Shown: one piece after another, positions 43,795-57,907 of the stretch | Numbering within the stretch: position 1 is the stretch's first letter | Layout of the letters: the number at the start of each line of letters is the position of its first letter | Origin: Octopus vulgaris | Lineage: Eukaryota | NCBI GenBank assembly: GCA_951406725.2 | Contig: OX597835.1 | Coordinates: forward strand, 8,742,001-8,806,000 | DNA: 64,000 nt | Reading direction: 5' to 3' | Program-made: the position numbers and the translations under genes | The notes under the pieces: generated by a model | Database searches by the model: none | What the model was told of the DNA's origin: nothing | Seen by the model: only the letters and a program-made list of their open reading frames with translations

Positions 43795-44050
43795 TATTAC
43801 GGAGATGTACTTGCATAGCAAGTGATTTGATCTGAGATCGTGTGCTGAAACGAAAACATTTGCAGCGTGGAAGGTGTTTGTAAGCCATTTAAGAAACACA
43901 CAAAAGCCGTTCGATTCACTTCAACATTTAAGTTTAATTCGTCAAAATATTTTCGTCGCTATAAGGCCGCGACCTGTTCACTGACAAAAATATTTTGACG
44001 AATTAAACTTAAATGTTGAAGTGAATCGAACGGGTTTTGTGTGTTTCTTA
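43795..44050 (-). mobile_element. Penelope pLTR-like fragment with a 64-bp head-to-head inversion
   Basis: Arms 43890-43953 and 43987-44050 (1 mismatch); the family recurs at 60550-60690. Confidence 0.7.
43938..43988 (-). ncRNA. Putative type I hammerhead ribozyme, G3-C8 variant
   Basis: UUUGUCA-GUGAACA-G-GUCGC(ggccuuaua)GCGAC-GAAA-AUAU-UU-UGACGAA. Confidence 0.6.
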
Positions 44051-44206
44051 GTTAACATAATATTCTTTACATATAAAATATAAGATATTATATATAATAA
44101 TATATAAGGAAAATAACTTTTAGCTGTTTCAGCCATTAGATAAAAATACCTCATTCTACCTTTATTACTCAAGTGGGTAACTCTCAGACTAATTTATATT
44201 TATATA

Positions 44207-44604
44207 ATAGCAGTATCGCCCGGCGTTGCTCGGGTTTGTAAGGGAAATAACTATATAAGCATTTTTAGAGAGTTATAGCCAAAAAATAGCAAAACTGCAT
44301 TAAAAATGGAAAAAAAATGATGGTAATTTCTTTTAAAAATCGGACTCATCGTAGACATTTTTAGTGAGTTACTTCCCTTTATATAATAGCGAAAAAATGC
44401 ATTAAAAGGGAAAAAAATGATGGTATTTTCTTTTTAAAATCATAGACTCATCGTAGACGCGCGCTAACACCCACAAGTGCTCGATATGAATCACGACTAT
44501 AAGATACCCGGTTTTGGTTAAACTGCACCGCAAAATGTGGGAGTAGTTAGGAATCTAAATCGTAGGACACAGACAGCATACGACCTCACTTTTATATATA
44601 AAGA
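44207..44604 (-). mobile_element. Non-autonomous Helitron
   Basis: Family match; one base of the CTAG terminus is substituted; TC start intact. Confidence 0.85.
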
Positions 44605-45668
44605 TATAGAGAGAGAAACGTGGTAAACTTTCTTCTCCGTTGTTTCATTTTATATTGCAGTAGTTTAAATCTTGCGGGAAGTGGGGGGGTTATTAATTAT
44701 TTATTTAATCTAATTGGTTAACAATTTAAAAAAATTACTTTGTCTCAGTTACGGTTGGTTATCGAGGAGATATTGATCAATGGGGTACAGCTGATCGTGT
44801 ATGGAAAATGGAGACCACCTTCCCCTGTAGTATGAAGATAAAATAATAGACAGAGAACAGATTCAGTTTTTCGATACATTTTAAAGTGAAGTCTGTTTTA
44901 AATTTAATTGCTATATCCTTTACATTGTCGAGTGAACATATGTTTTTTTTTAAATATGTAAAACTATCAGAAAAATCATTGGTTTTGTAGTTTAAAAAGG
45001 TAAACACAAATAATACAAATAGTAAACTTCAGAGTAAAAACTAAATATATATCTTGCAAAAACAAAGAAAAATCAAATTATGGTTGTTTGTTCGTAAAAT
45101 TTATAATTTCTGAAAACGGACGACTTCAAAATAACTTCAAAAAGTTCAGATTGAATCACAAAAATGTTCTCAAATTTTTTTCCCAATTCTATTTTCATGT
45201 ACACAGAAATACATGGTAGATTGTATGGTATACTTATATATTATATACTGTTATATACTTAAAATGAATATTACGAAAACAACATTATTACGTGATATTT
45301 GAACATTATTGAGGTTACTTAGTAGTATATGACTACTAAATCGTCATATTCTACCAAGTAACCTAACAAAACTAGCACCGCGGTTGATATTTTCAGATGT
45401 TTTCACGAAAACAGCAAATATTTTAACAATTAGAACTGTAAATGTAACCAAGTAATTTTTTTATACTTGATGGACATCGGAATATGATTTCTTGATGGTG
45501 TATAAACTCCAATGACAAAAGTTTTGTTTCTAGGTTTAAAAACAACTGCTTTTCACTTGAGGCGATCTGGCTTGCAGAAAATTTTATATTCCACTCCTTA
45601 TCATAAAGTTTCTGCCTCCCTCCCTTTCTCTCCCTCTTTCTCTCTCTGACTCTATAAAAATATATATA

Positions 45669-45699
<31 letters not shown>

Positions 45700-45747
45700 A
45701 TGACATTTATAACTATTTCGGTATGATTGTATATTTGTATGATAAAT

Positions 45748-45857
45748 AGATTGATAGATAGATAGATAGATGGATGGATAGATGGATGGATAGATGGATA
45801 GATGGATAGCTGGATAGATAGATAGATGGATAGATGGATAGATAGATAGATAGATAT

Positions 45858-45893
<36 letters not shown>

Positions 45894-45905
45894 ATAGATA
45901 GATGG
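45748..45905. repeat. (GATA)n/(GATG)n microsatellite
   Basis: Directly visible. Confidence 0.95.
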
Positions 45906-46737
45906 AGAGATCAATTGATTGATAGCATCCTCAATATTGTCTATGTGGCTGAGAAATTTGAAACATAAACCCAAGAATATATATGTATGTAGTTGGTGTT
46001 CGAAATCGCTTTCATTCAAGTTATATTTAAGCAAACAACAATGGGCGATGAAAATATTTATCGTCAAATATCTAAAATATTAAACGAACTTTAAGTCAGT
46101 ATTTACATTAACACATAGTTCATGTAATGTTACTTCTTGTATTATATAACAAATACGGTCACGTGATAATTTTTTAGTTTTTCCGTTCTAAATGGCATCG
46201 AATATCGTACGTAAACAAACGTGATTAGAACAATTAATAACAACAAATTAAATTTATGAACCATTTATCATTTTCCTCATCAATGTTTATCGCAAGGGGA
46301 AAAGAAATGCAAGATATTTATAGCTAACTTTGTTATTCTTCTTGCATCTAAAAGAAATGACTGCCATAACAAAACAATCTGGATAAACGTAAACATTAAA
46401 TTTACCTTCAAATCAGTCTTCAGCGGGGAAAACAGAATTTAACAGGTATTTTTTCACATTGGATCCTGTACAATATTTATTTAAAATATGAGGCCATAAC
46501 AGTAAGAGTGTCAGTTATATATTTCCAAGGAAGACGGGTAAATATATTGAGGAGAGGGTGACCAGAATTGTGGTAGACAATGATCTAAATGCGCTAAAAT
46601 GGTATAATTAATCAATATGAAATGGTTATCGATTAAGAAAGTTGTTAGTGGCAAAGATATATTTAAATGTATCAGTTTCGAAATAAACCACGAATGATAC
46701 ATATAAGCGCGTTAGTTTCAACCTTAGTTCATTTTCC

Positions 46738-47343
46738 GGCACTGTCATGGAGTGTCAGGAGGAAAGTAAAAATGTGTGACGTCAATCTGACATCACACCT
46801 ACCTTGTTTTTTTTCACTGTCATGGTATTAGCTGTCAGGAGGAAAGTAGAATTTATCAAATTAAAAAACATATATACAGTCAAATGCCTATATCCTAGCT
46901 GATTGAGCGTAAACGCGCTTTCATCTATCTCTACAATTCGGTTTGGCCCTCCGAGCTTAATGTTTTGTGCAACATAATATTCTGCACATATATCACGGCA
47001 AAAATTTCTCCAATCTTTTGGTGGTGGTGGTAGTGATGGTCATTAGTCGTGCGGATTGGTGTATGTGATCGCGGTGGTGGTGGTCATTTGTGCAGATTGG
47101 TGTGGTTTCTTTTTAAAAAAAATAATGAATAATGCAAGAATATATTTATTTATAAAGTTTAAACAGAACATGGAATGAAATGTGTTTATTTATAAACTTT
47201 AAACTGAACTTCAATTGTTTTATAAACCTAACAGCGTAAATAAACGGCGCAAATTAACGAAGGTATAAACCTGACGTAAATACACGAAGTTGACGTCAGA
47301 TTTTTCTACTTTCACTTCTGACAGCTAATACCATGACAGTGCC
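46738..47343. mobile_element. MITE with GG termini and 8-bp TSD (Merlin-like)
   Basis: TIRs GGCACTGTCATGG / CCATGACAGTGCC, extending imperfectly ~50 bp; flanks CATTTTCC / CATTTTTC. Confidence 0.75.
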
Positions 47344-48599
47344 CATTTTTCTTGTACTCACACCTATTTTACAAAGCTATCTGGTGGTAGGGAGGTGACA
47401 CGAGGTAGCTTTGTTCAATTTGTTATTTTTGTTATTTCTACTGATACCGCCTCAATTTTGCACTCCTTTTTTTATTTTGTCCCTCTGGGTAAAATGCGAT
47501 ATTTACTGATATATTTCTCATTCAATACTATAAGATATAGTTAGTCGACAAGATGACAGAATTGTTAGCACGCCGGACAAAATGCTTACCAGTATTTCAT
47601 CCGGCTTCTCGTTCTGTGTCCAAACTCTGTTGAGTGGATTTCCATTTGAGTGGATTTCCAATAGGTCAGTGGTTGTCTAGTATACTTATATTTGCATAAA
47701 TATATGTATAAATGTGTGTGTATGCGTCTGGTTATTGTATAGGTGTGTTTTGCGTTTGAGTTTGTAAGTGTAATTGTGTGCATACACCTAAATTTATGTA
47801 TGTATGTATTCATGGTACGCTAAGTTTTGTCCTTCGTTCGCTTTTACTACACTTTCCACTTTCATTATCGCAGGTTTTTCATCAGTTTCTGTCGATAAAG
47901 TTGGCATAATTGCGTTACAATATTTACCAATGTATGTCAAATTGCCAGATATCACATATTTCATTCTGTATCTGGATATTCAACTCTCATATGTCCACCG
48001 GAATTCCATCAGAATCACACGCTTATGGTATAACAACTTAAACGTTGTGGAGAATTTTGCCAAGAACAATGAGCGTTTCAAAGCCGTATATATTGTGCAG
48101 TCAGTCACATATGATCGGTGTTATATGAAGATGTATGAGAAATAGATTTTTAAATTACCATTTCTATCTTGTGGGGACATTTATGTGAAAACAGTAACTA
48201 CATCCATGTGCTGCAATGGTGGTATAAACATGCAAAGAGATTAATAATAAAGCAAACGATGTATTAGACAGCAAATGATGAAGAAGTGCAACAAAGGAAT
48301 AGTTTAAGAGTGAAACACACAGTGTTATATTATATATTGAGTAAGATTTGTCTTCATACAAATTGCCGAGTTAGTCTTCGGGAAAATTACAATATTACTT
48401 CTTCAGTATTTAATGTAAAAACGTAAGTTGTTGTCGAATTTCAGACACAATTTAAACATACGCAATAATTTAGATTTGAGATTGTTGCACAAACCACCTG
48501 CAGATCCATTTACCTTAAAGTAATCCAATGTTATAATAAAAACTATTAGCTAATTCTGGCTATATGTTTCGTATACACACACGCACATATGCACACACC

Positions 48600-48631
<32 letters not shown>

Positions 48632-48681
48632 ATGGAAGAAATGGAGTTGAACGAAGATTGTACAGAATTCATTTTATTACA

Positions 48682-48761
48682 TCCTACACATGTTTCAAAG
48701 GCCACAATTTTCCAAATTCTGATTAAATAAGGATACCATATTGCAGCTTTCTCTTCAGGAA
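48682..48761 (-). ncRNA. Putative type I hammerhead in a (TA)n-flanked insert (48628-48935)
   Basis: UUC-CUGAAGA-GAAAGCUGCAA...UUGUGGCCUUU-GAAAC-AUGU-GUA-GGA, followed by AAUAAA. Confidence 0.5.
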
Positions 48762-48929
48762 AAACCAGGAATTATGTTGTCAGAACAAAACAAAACAAAG
48801 GCACAGCAAAGCAATTGGAACGAGGACGCTCCTTAAGAGCCCATGGGTAAAATGGGCTGTGATTATTGCTACCCAGGTATCGGTTAAACTTTTGGATAAT
48901 CCGTAACAAGATAATTCATCTTTCCATTT

Positions 48930-48967
<38 letters not shown>

Positions 48968-49194
48968 AAATATTAGGGAATAAATCCAAACTTACAGGGA
49001 AAAATCAGATTTAGGATTAAATTCAATTTTATATTATATTATATTATATTATATTATATTATATTAGAAATAAAACCACTATTAGGCAAATCAAACAATG
49101 GAAAACATAAGCCAATACATAAAATTAATTAATTTATATTATTTTAAATATATATCAAAAGTATTAAAAGTTTAATAAAAGATAAAGAGTAAAA

Positions 49195-49263
49195 CACTAC
49201 GATCGTTTCATGGCTGTACAATTCGTAATAATTCGAGTTATGGTTACAGTCAAACTTCAGGTT
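49195..49263 (-). ncRNA. Degenerate hammerhead-like motif
   Basis: CUGAAGU (A9 mutated)-U-UGACUGUA...UACAGCCA-U-GAAAC-GAUC-GUA-GUG; palindromic ACGAUCGU. Confidence 0.4.
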
Positions 49264-49264
49264 A

Positions 49265-49300
<36 letters not shown>

Positions 49301-49848
49301 GTCTTTTTCTTCAAGCAATATCGGAGATCCTAAAACTTAAAGAGTGCTGTTTTATGGGTGTCCTCGTTCACGCTATAGACAAATGGTGGTGAGGACTTTA
49401 ATGATTCGCTAGTTTTAATATTTACATCAATAACGCTGGTTAAATTTAGTCATTCTTTGTGGTAATACCTTCGTGCTGTTTGTCTGATGAATGGTTAACT
49501 CTCTTTCTCCTGATAGTGGAAACAATCAACTAAGGGCTGTGGGCCCTAAATCTCTACATATCACTAAACCCACTAAAATCGATGCGAATGAAATTTCCAA
49601 ATAATTTTTATATAAAGACAGTAGCAGAAAGCTGAGTCATATTCCTCAAAAAATCCAAGTACCACGACTGGAAGTTATCGTGATAAATGTTAACTAATAA
49701 TGGCACCGAAACATTATCTACAGACACACACACACACACATACATATATATGTGTGTATGTATTTTTGTAAGAGTGAGACACACAGTGGTTTATTATATA
49801 TTAAGATTTGTCTTCATACAAAATGCGCACGCACACACACACACACAC

Positions 49849-50080
<232 letters not shown>

Positions 50081-50582
50081 AAAGAGATAGGTAGATAGGT
50101 CGGTAGGTTAATCGATAGTTGTGTATGTATCGATTTAAGCATGTAGGTATCAATGTATTTTCAGTAAGTTTTTTTCAATCATTCGTTGCTACATTCTTTG
50201 CATGTCAAAGATATAAAATTATTTGCATATGGAACAATCACAGCATAAACTTCGATTAACTATTCCACCATAAATCAACGATAATGAACACTTCGATAAT
50301 TTTAGCAATAAATTATTCTGATCAATTATATAAACATATACGCAAAAACGATTCCTCGCAATACACAAGGCGAGAGAAAAACTAGGAATAAATGTTGATG
50401 GAACATTCTAAACACTTCCACACAGTAATCCCAATGTTTCTTTCGTGAGTAATTCAAACTTATATCTTGTGTGTGTGTGAGTGAGTGCGTGCATATCTGT
50501 GAGTGAGTGAGTGACTGAGAGACTGTGTGAGTGAGGGAGGGCGTGAGTGAGAGAGTGACTGAGTGATTGTATTCATGTATTT

Positions 50583-50945
50583 GATGGAAGCACTCCGTCG
50601 GTTACGACGACGAGGGTTCCGGTTGATCCGAATCAACGGAACAGCCTACTCGTGAAATTAACGTGTAAGTGGCTGAGCACTCCACAGACACGGGGATATT
50701 CAGCGTGACACAGAGAATGACAAGGCCGGCCCCTTGAAATACAGGTACGACAGAAACAGGAAGTAAGAGTGAGAGAAAGTTGTGGTGAAAGAGTACAGCA
50801 GGGATCACCACCATCCCCTGCCGGAGCCTCGTGGAGCTTTAGGTGTTTTCGCTCAATAAACACTCACAACGCCTGGTCTGGGAATCGAAACCGTAATCCT
50901 ATGACCGCGAGTCCGCTGTCCTAACCACTGGGCCATTGCGCCTCC
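50583..50945 (-). mobile_element. SINE family B with a ~21-bp internal deletion
   Basis: 12-bp TSD ATTCATGTATTT at 50571-50582 and 50946-50957. Confidence 0.92.
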
Positions 50946-52774
50946 ATTCATGTATTTATGTACATAACCATTACTATACATACCCCAGGCTTTGAGAAGA
51001 ACATTCCAACACTATAACTTCCTTCTTTCTGTGCTTTGGATTTACCACAAAAGGGTAGAAATTGATTGCATTCACAGAAACATTCGAAAGCGGTTGAGTG
51101 CTCCTCAGGGAAGACTCTATCCTGTTTGATATTTGAGATGCAGCAGCTGTATTTATAGAGATAAGTAAATCCGATGATATACAAGGAATCCATATTTGTG
51201 TGTTTTCTCTTCTCACTGATCGGTGGTAAATAAAATATATTTTCTGCTCAAAATCGGAAAACCCTGAAGCATTGGAACAAACATAAATGTAGATTATAGA
51301 ATGTGGATGAGAAATTATAACACGTTCCTGTTTCCAGTTCTATGCAGCACTACATTAGACTATTTTGAAATTAAAATAGAATTCAAATTTGCATTTTAAA
51401 GCAGCCACAGCAGATATTGGGAATGTAGGTGTTTGAAACAACAGCAAGACAGGTGACACAACTAAATTATTTCAAGATTTCGGAATGAAAATTCCTTTAT
51501 GAAGAGAAACACAAAAGTAAAACTTGAATGTGTGATATGCAGATAGGAATATGCTAAAGTTTAATTCGAAGAATGGCAGTGATATATGTGGTGGGAAGTT
51601 CTTGCTGAATGCCGTTGAAGGAGGAATATATTTTATTAATAACGATTCCCTTTTTTATTCTAAATATTCTGAAACTTGCAATGACCCAGGATGACATATC
51701 TCATGATATTTCATTTTATTGAAGAAAACATTTTATGCATGCAAATGCATGAACACACACTTGCTTGCACATATTATACAGCGCTATTTGTTTATATGCA
51801 TACATACACTCACACGTCCACACACAGCCACACACACTGACAAACACACACAACACACATCTATATCAAACTTTTACAAACCGCTTTGATAGTATTATTT
51901 TTTTAATATATTCTCTGCATAATGATGGTTTATATTAATAGTTTTTTTTTTCTCTTACCGTAGGAATAATAAAAGTTTTGATGTTTGTGTTAATTGCGCT
52001 GATAACATGTCGACGACGACGATGACGATAATGACAAAGGTTTTGGCATTGGGGACGAACGGTGAGCGGCGATGGTGAAGATGTATTTTAACCGAGTAAA
52101 TGACGTCAAACGAAGAATTACTACGTGCAAAGAACACATCGGCAGCCATTTGTTCACACTTTCCTTCGTTTTATCACTTGATTTATATTTGCAAAGCAAC
52201 TTCCACAGCTGTACAGACTATTATATAATGAAACAAAACATTGAAGAAATAAAGGATAGTTTATTACATGTCAAATACAGGTACTTTTAGTTTTCGTTAT
52301 TTAATTACTTCCAAGTTATAAGGGAATTTATCTTCAAACGTATCGATAATAATTCTTAAAACGGAATACAAACACAAGAGGCCCAAGTTAATAACTCTAA
52401 GATTATAAATGCCAGTACTTCTGCAAATGAATGTCGTAGTGGCCGCCTTTCCAACATTTGTGCAGCTAAACCAATCATTCATCCGACAATGCAGCACAAC
52501 CAGATATTTTTGTTAAACTTCTTACTCCAAACTTCCTTTATTTTCTATTCTCTTTGAACTTGCAGAAAGCTGTTTTGGCTGAATTTCAGTTCGGCTGAAA
52601 ACATTTATTATGAACCAAGTTCTGTGTCATCCACGAATATATAATCTGAAGCGAACCTGCAAACTTTGAGCTGATTCAACGGAAGGGAGACGTGTTCTAA
52701 GTCAACATGTTTAATACGAGGTCCGCAGCTGAAGCCAATAGCATTTTAGGAAGATTTATCGGCTAGCTCGGTTA

Positions 52775-53163
52775 TCTTTATATATAAAAGTGAGGTTGTG
52801 TGCTGTCTGTCTCCTACGATTTAGATTCCTAACTACTCCCACATTTTGCGATGCAGTTTAACCAAAACCGGGTATCTTATAGTCGTGATTCATATCGAGC
52901 CCTTCTGGGTATTAGCGCGCGTCTTCGATTCAAAAAAAAAATTAACATCATTTTTTTCCATTTTAATGCATTTTTTCGCTATTATATAAGGGAAGTAACT
53001 CTCTAAAAATGTCTACGATGGGTCAACGGTTTTTAAAAAAATTTACCATCATGTTTTTCCATTTTTAATGCATTTTTTTGCTACTTTTTGGCTATAACTC
53101 TCTAAAAATGTTTATATAGTTATTTCCCTTACAAACCCGAGCTACGCCGGGCGATACTGCTAG
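52775..53163 (+). mobile_element. Non-autonomous Helitron, canonical ends
   Basis: A|TCTTTATATATAAAA start, hairpin CCCGAGCTACGCCGGG, CTAG|T end, no TSD; internal ~115-bp subrepeat. Confidence 0.88.
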
Positions 53164-55386
53164 TATATGATAACGAAACAATCTATGACTGTTTCGGCAC
53201 AATTATTTACCAAACTTCACCTCGTCGTTCTCATGTTCGTCCCTGCAAATTTCTGAGCAGGAGATTAACGGTTCGAGTATTTACGTCTCTGGGCATCCCA
53301 GTCATAGTCTACTCATAAGTGTTGCCTCGCAAAACATTGTGTCATGCATATTCTGCTTTGAAAAGGAAATTAAGTGAACGCGTGTCTGTGGGAAACTCAT
53401 CTACTTCGCGCAGTAAATTATTGATTATGTATTGCAGTCGATTAAGGGATGATGGAGCAGGAAGAGATACCAGCAAGAGACTCCATCACCAACAAGCTGA
53501 ATAGGGTGTGATATTAGTGGATTTCGGAGTTTACTCTTGTGTATTTGAGTAAGAATAATTAGGAAAATGATCAGATTAATCACTCGTGGAATTCGATACC
53601 AAAGAAATAAAGACGTTAATTTTTGTTGGAGAGAGCGGGAGATTTTGCCTTATCGTAGGCAGGTGTACAGTACAATTCTTTTTACCTTTTCTATGTGTTC
53701 GCTGGCGGGGATGCATGTCAAAATGTGACTTCATATAAAATTGGCCAAAGGTCAGGTGTAAACAGGTGACTCAAGTTGATGGACACCTTAGAAAGTTACT
53801 ATTGTTCTGATGAAATTTCAGCACTATATAAGTATATAATTCCATCCAGACGTCTGGCATCGTCTCAAGATAGCAGTAAAATTCCTTTGGTCAAATTCCT
53901 CCTGCTCAGCAATTTTGAGCAAGAAATGAAATGCTGATAAAATAAAACATATGTAGTACCACCATTTTAAACATTTAGTTTAATATTTATTTTGCCCCAT
54001 CACCTTATTTCGCCAACAAAGATATAAGAAAGAGGAATTAAAATTGAATAAAGAATTTGAAAGTAGTATAACTTTGTGGTCTGCTTCAGTAACACATTCT
54101 TGTCTCAGAGACACATTTGGAAAGATTAATTCGAGGAAGGCGAGGAAGAAGACTTAGAGTAGATTACTTAACATTTATACATCAACTTCAAAATTCTGTT
54201 AATAGAAGCACAACACTTGGCGAAGTTTATTTACTGTAATTATAATATATAGGTCTATAAATATGTAGATAGACAGCAATGTGTGTGACAATGATTCAAT
54301 GTTTGCAAATACATAGGAAAATTAATGAACTTCATTTTATAAAATGAAATATTGCAGTCTTGTGAAATGAAGATATATTTCCAGCGAATCGAGTATGCAA
54401 CACTTCTTCAAATTCTCTGCAAGTAAATTTATATCAGTCACACTAAGTGTCTTGCGTTTCTGTTCGCAGCCAATAGTCTTGAGAGAAATAAAATTCGCTT
54501 GATTTGCCACCCAATAACTTATATAAATACGTACTTTTTCACAGTTCGATCAGTGATCAATGTTTCGTGAAGCTTTTATTTTCATATCATTCAATATCAT
54601 TAACAATCCTAAATCTCGTTTTATTTGAAGCATCTGACTGGGTTTCACACGGACGCCGCGTTTACTATTCAAACGCAACTCAAGATAACGACATGTCTTG
54701 TGCAGTTATTCAGCCAAATTAGTTACTACGTCATCGACATGAAAAGTTGGTCTTCATCTGATTCGTGGTCACATGACCAACGATACAACTGCATCTATGG
54801 AAGGACATAGTTAAGTAGTAATTATATAATTTTCATTCCTATATATATATATATATGCATACAAATATATATATTCACACACACACGCACACACATCACA
54901 CATATATTTATACTCATGTGTTTTCATGTACAAGTGTACCTATGTACGTGCGTGTATGTGAGTATATGTGTGTGTGTGTGTGATTGCGTCTCTCTCTCTC
55001 CCCCCTCTCTCTCTCTCTCTGTCGCTCTTTGACCGTTTGTGGTGTTAGGTAAAAATATAATACCGTGGATTGCTTGAAAAAAATCCCTAAAAATTTATAT
55101 CTCAGTGAGCTCATTCCTTTTTTACAGATCAACAAATGTCCATTATGTAATACAAAGAACACCGTGCGTTTAGTAGTTAATGAATCTACAGTAATTAAAT
55201 TAATGCAGTGTTCGAATACAAATGAACACAAACACACATCAAAATGCTTATTTCAATTTAAAAAGAAACTTCTTGTCCACGTTAATTTATATATAGCATT
55301 TTCTTGCCTTTATAATTTTTTTCCTCTCATTATAGATTGTGATGTTGTACGAGCAAAGGTTTAATCTTTCGAGAGAGGTATATCTT

Positions 55387-55582
55387 CATATATGTACTAC
55401 AATATAAAGAATGTATTTCTGTGATTCTTTTGCAAATATGTTTTAAGTCACCCCAAACTACCAGAACTCTGGTTAAGAACCTTCCAACCGATACCCTCCG
55501 CTATTTTTACGAAGATGTCTTCCAACTCATCCTTGCACTATTTTAACACAAGGATAAGACTTGAAGGTTATTTACTGAATAA
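55387..55582 (+). repeat. ~195-bp dispersed direct repeat, copy 1
   Basis: Highly similar to 59302-59497. Confidence 0.85.
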
Positions 55583-56386
55583 TTTCTGTAGGTCCGTCAG
55601 CCATTTAAAAACTTCTCCATTTGTTCAAAAGTCTATATATTTTATAAAGTGAGGAGCGATTGCTGGAAACAAATATCAGAATCAAAGTGATGTGGAGTTT
55701 ACTTCTCAGAGCTTCTATGTGTTTGTATGTATGCGTACGTGCGTGTGTATGTGCACGTACGCGTGTGTATATGTGCATGTGTCTGTGAGTGAGTAAATGC
55801 TTGTAATTTCGAAACACTCCATCGCTACGTTCTTTGTACTTTTGGATGAGAGAGACTTGAGGAAGGTGCGGTGAGGCGTTAACGGAATAGAAACATGTTC
55901 CATTATTTTTTGACAAATCACCATCTTGAACCATTCTTCTTCAAGTGAAAAGTGGAGAAATAACAATCAGCGTCGAAGAGATTTAGAGTTGATGCATACA
56001 TACACCTACATATAAACGGACACTTATCCATTACACATGCATACATTCATTTAAATGTACCTGTCTATACATATATGTATGTGTGTGTGTGTATGCGCCT
56101 GTGTGTGCATGTATATATATATGGGGGTGAGATATTTGGCCAGTTTCTGTGATTTATTATAACAAAAGAGAATTGGCACAAAGAAAAAGTTCAGAAAAGT
56201 TACAACAGAAGAAAGAGAAAATGATAGCGCGAAAAAAAAAGGAAGAAAAAAACCCGGCAGGATAGAGAAAACAAAGAATTTAGCAATGCCAGTAGATGAA
56301 GAAATAAATTAGCAATACCAGAAGAATATCGAAATAAATAATAATAGAAATGAAAGAAATAACGATAAAATAAACACAAATAATAG

Positions 56387-56608
56387 CAGGCGGTGGCTCC
56401 CATGGTTTTTCATCATAACTGATTGGAAGTGCTATCAGGTGCATTGTTTGTCTTCGTATAAAAGATGGGCTACAGTAAATATTCTGCTGAAAACCAAGGC
56501 TTTGATGCTGTACAAGGCAGTGGCTCTCCTAGCATTTCATCTTAACTGATTGGAAGTGTTATCATGTACATTGTTTTGTCTTGGTATAAAAGATGGGCTA
56601 CAGCAAAT
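56387..56608 (+). repeat. Two tandem partial copies of the 268-487 repeat
   Basis: aactgattggaagtg..tataaaagatgggctacag occurs twice. Confidence 0.7.
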
Positions 56609-56624
56609 AACGAGCTTGAGCAAT

Positions 56625-57200
56625 GAGTAGAAAAAGCAGGATAGGGGTGACAATGAACTAGGAACTGCACCCTAAAAGTGATATTAATAGACTGTATATT
56701 TTTAGATGCAATGGACGAAGAGGTTTCATGAAATGCTAGATCTGTATTTTAAATGAGGAAATCAGTCTGGTATGATATGTCAAAAAGCACAATGGAAATT
56801 TGTTGCTGCTGTTAGAAATAACCACACGATACCTAATGCAAATGTGACACACAAAATCATTTCAGAAACCAGATGGAACACAAAGATTAAATAATTGCAA
56901 AATGAAAAGAATGCGTAGACAATACCAATGAGAAATGGAAGTGAATGACAAAACCAACAGCTGGAGCTGACTAAGAGAAGGGGATTTGAAACGATGCACT
57001 GAGGCATTGATATGCAACGCCTAGGAACAAACTCCGACAAATAATCACAAGTTCCAAATATATAAAAACTATGTTGGATATGTGGCAGCAAAAATGAAAT
57101 AATATCGCATATTGTGAATAAGTGTAGCAATCTGGGCCAATAGGAATACAAAATGACGAATGATAAGGTTTGTTCAGTGGAAATTGTGTGAGAAGTTGCG
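56625..57200 (+). pseudogene. Decayed R4/Dong-clade non-LTR retrotransposon ORF (thumb to CCHC zinc knuckle)
   Basis: LHPKSDINRLYIFRCNGRRG, WS*LREGDLKRCTEALICNA*EQ and CWICGSKNEIISHIVNKCSNLGQ*EYK (CX2CX8HX4C). Confidence 0.8.
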
Positions 57201-57269
57201 TATTTAACACGTTTGTTTACGTTTTTCCTATTGTTTAAACCGTTGGTGTAATCTTGTACCGATATATGC

Positions 57270-57334
<65 letters not shown>

Positions 57335-57815
57335 CAAAACGCCTCCCCTCCGTCCAATGGACGGTGTTGAGTTGTCAAACATTTAAACCAAATTTTCTCA
57401 AAACAACTTGTCCGACCTTCGCATAGGCCTCCCCATTGAAAAACACTGATTTAACCTAACTTTGAAATAAACTAAGAAGTTTTATTCAGTTAATGCTGGG
57501 TTGGAAATCCGTTTGTAATAAGTGCACAGGGCCGCATTTGATGTTGATGCAATTGTGGACAAAACGACGTGCAGAATTTTGTACAAAAATATATCAATCA
57601 AAATCAAGGTGGGTAGAAATCAGGGTAGGTAAACATCTATGGGGAGACATGAACTCATGACAGAAATGCTACCAAAACAATTACGTGTATTATATATCAT
57701 CAAAGGCAAAGAAATTGCGCTCGAAATGGAGGGACCACTACTGTCAGTGTACATGCATACACAGATGCATGTTTCTGTATTAACACACATATACCTATGT
57801 ATGCATGAGTATATA

Positions 57816-57907
<92 letters not shown>

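Noticed and set aside
56780-57382. 200-aa minus-strand ORF
   Set aside because: Antisense to the decayed R4/Dong ORF and includes a (TA)n run.
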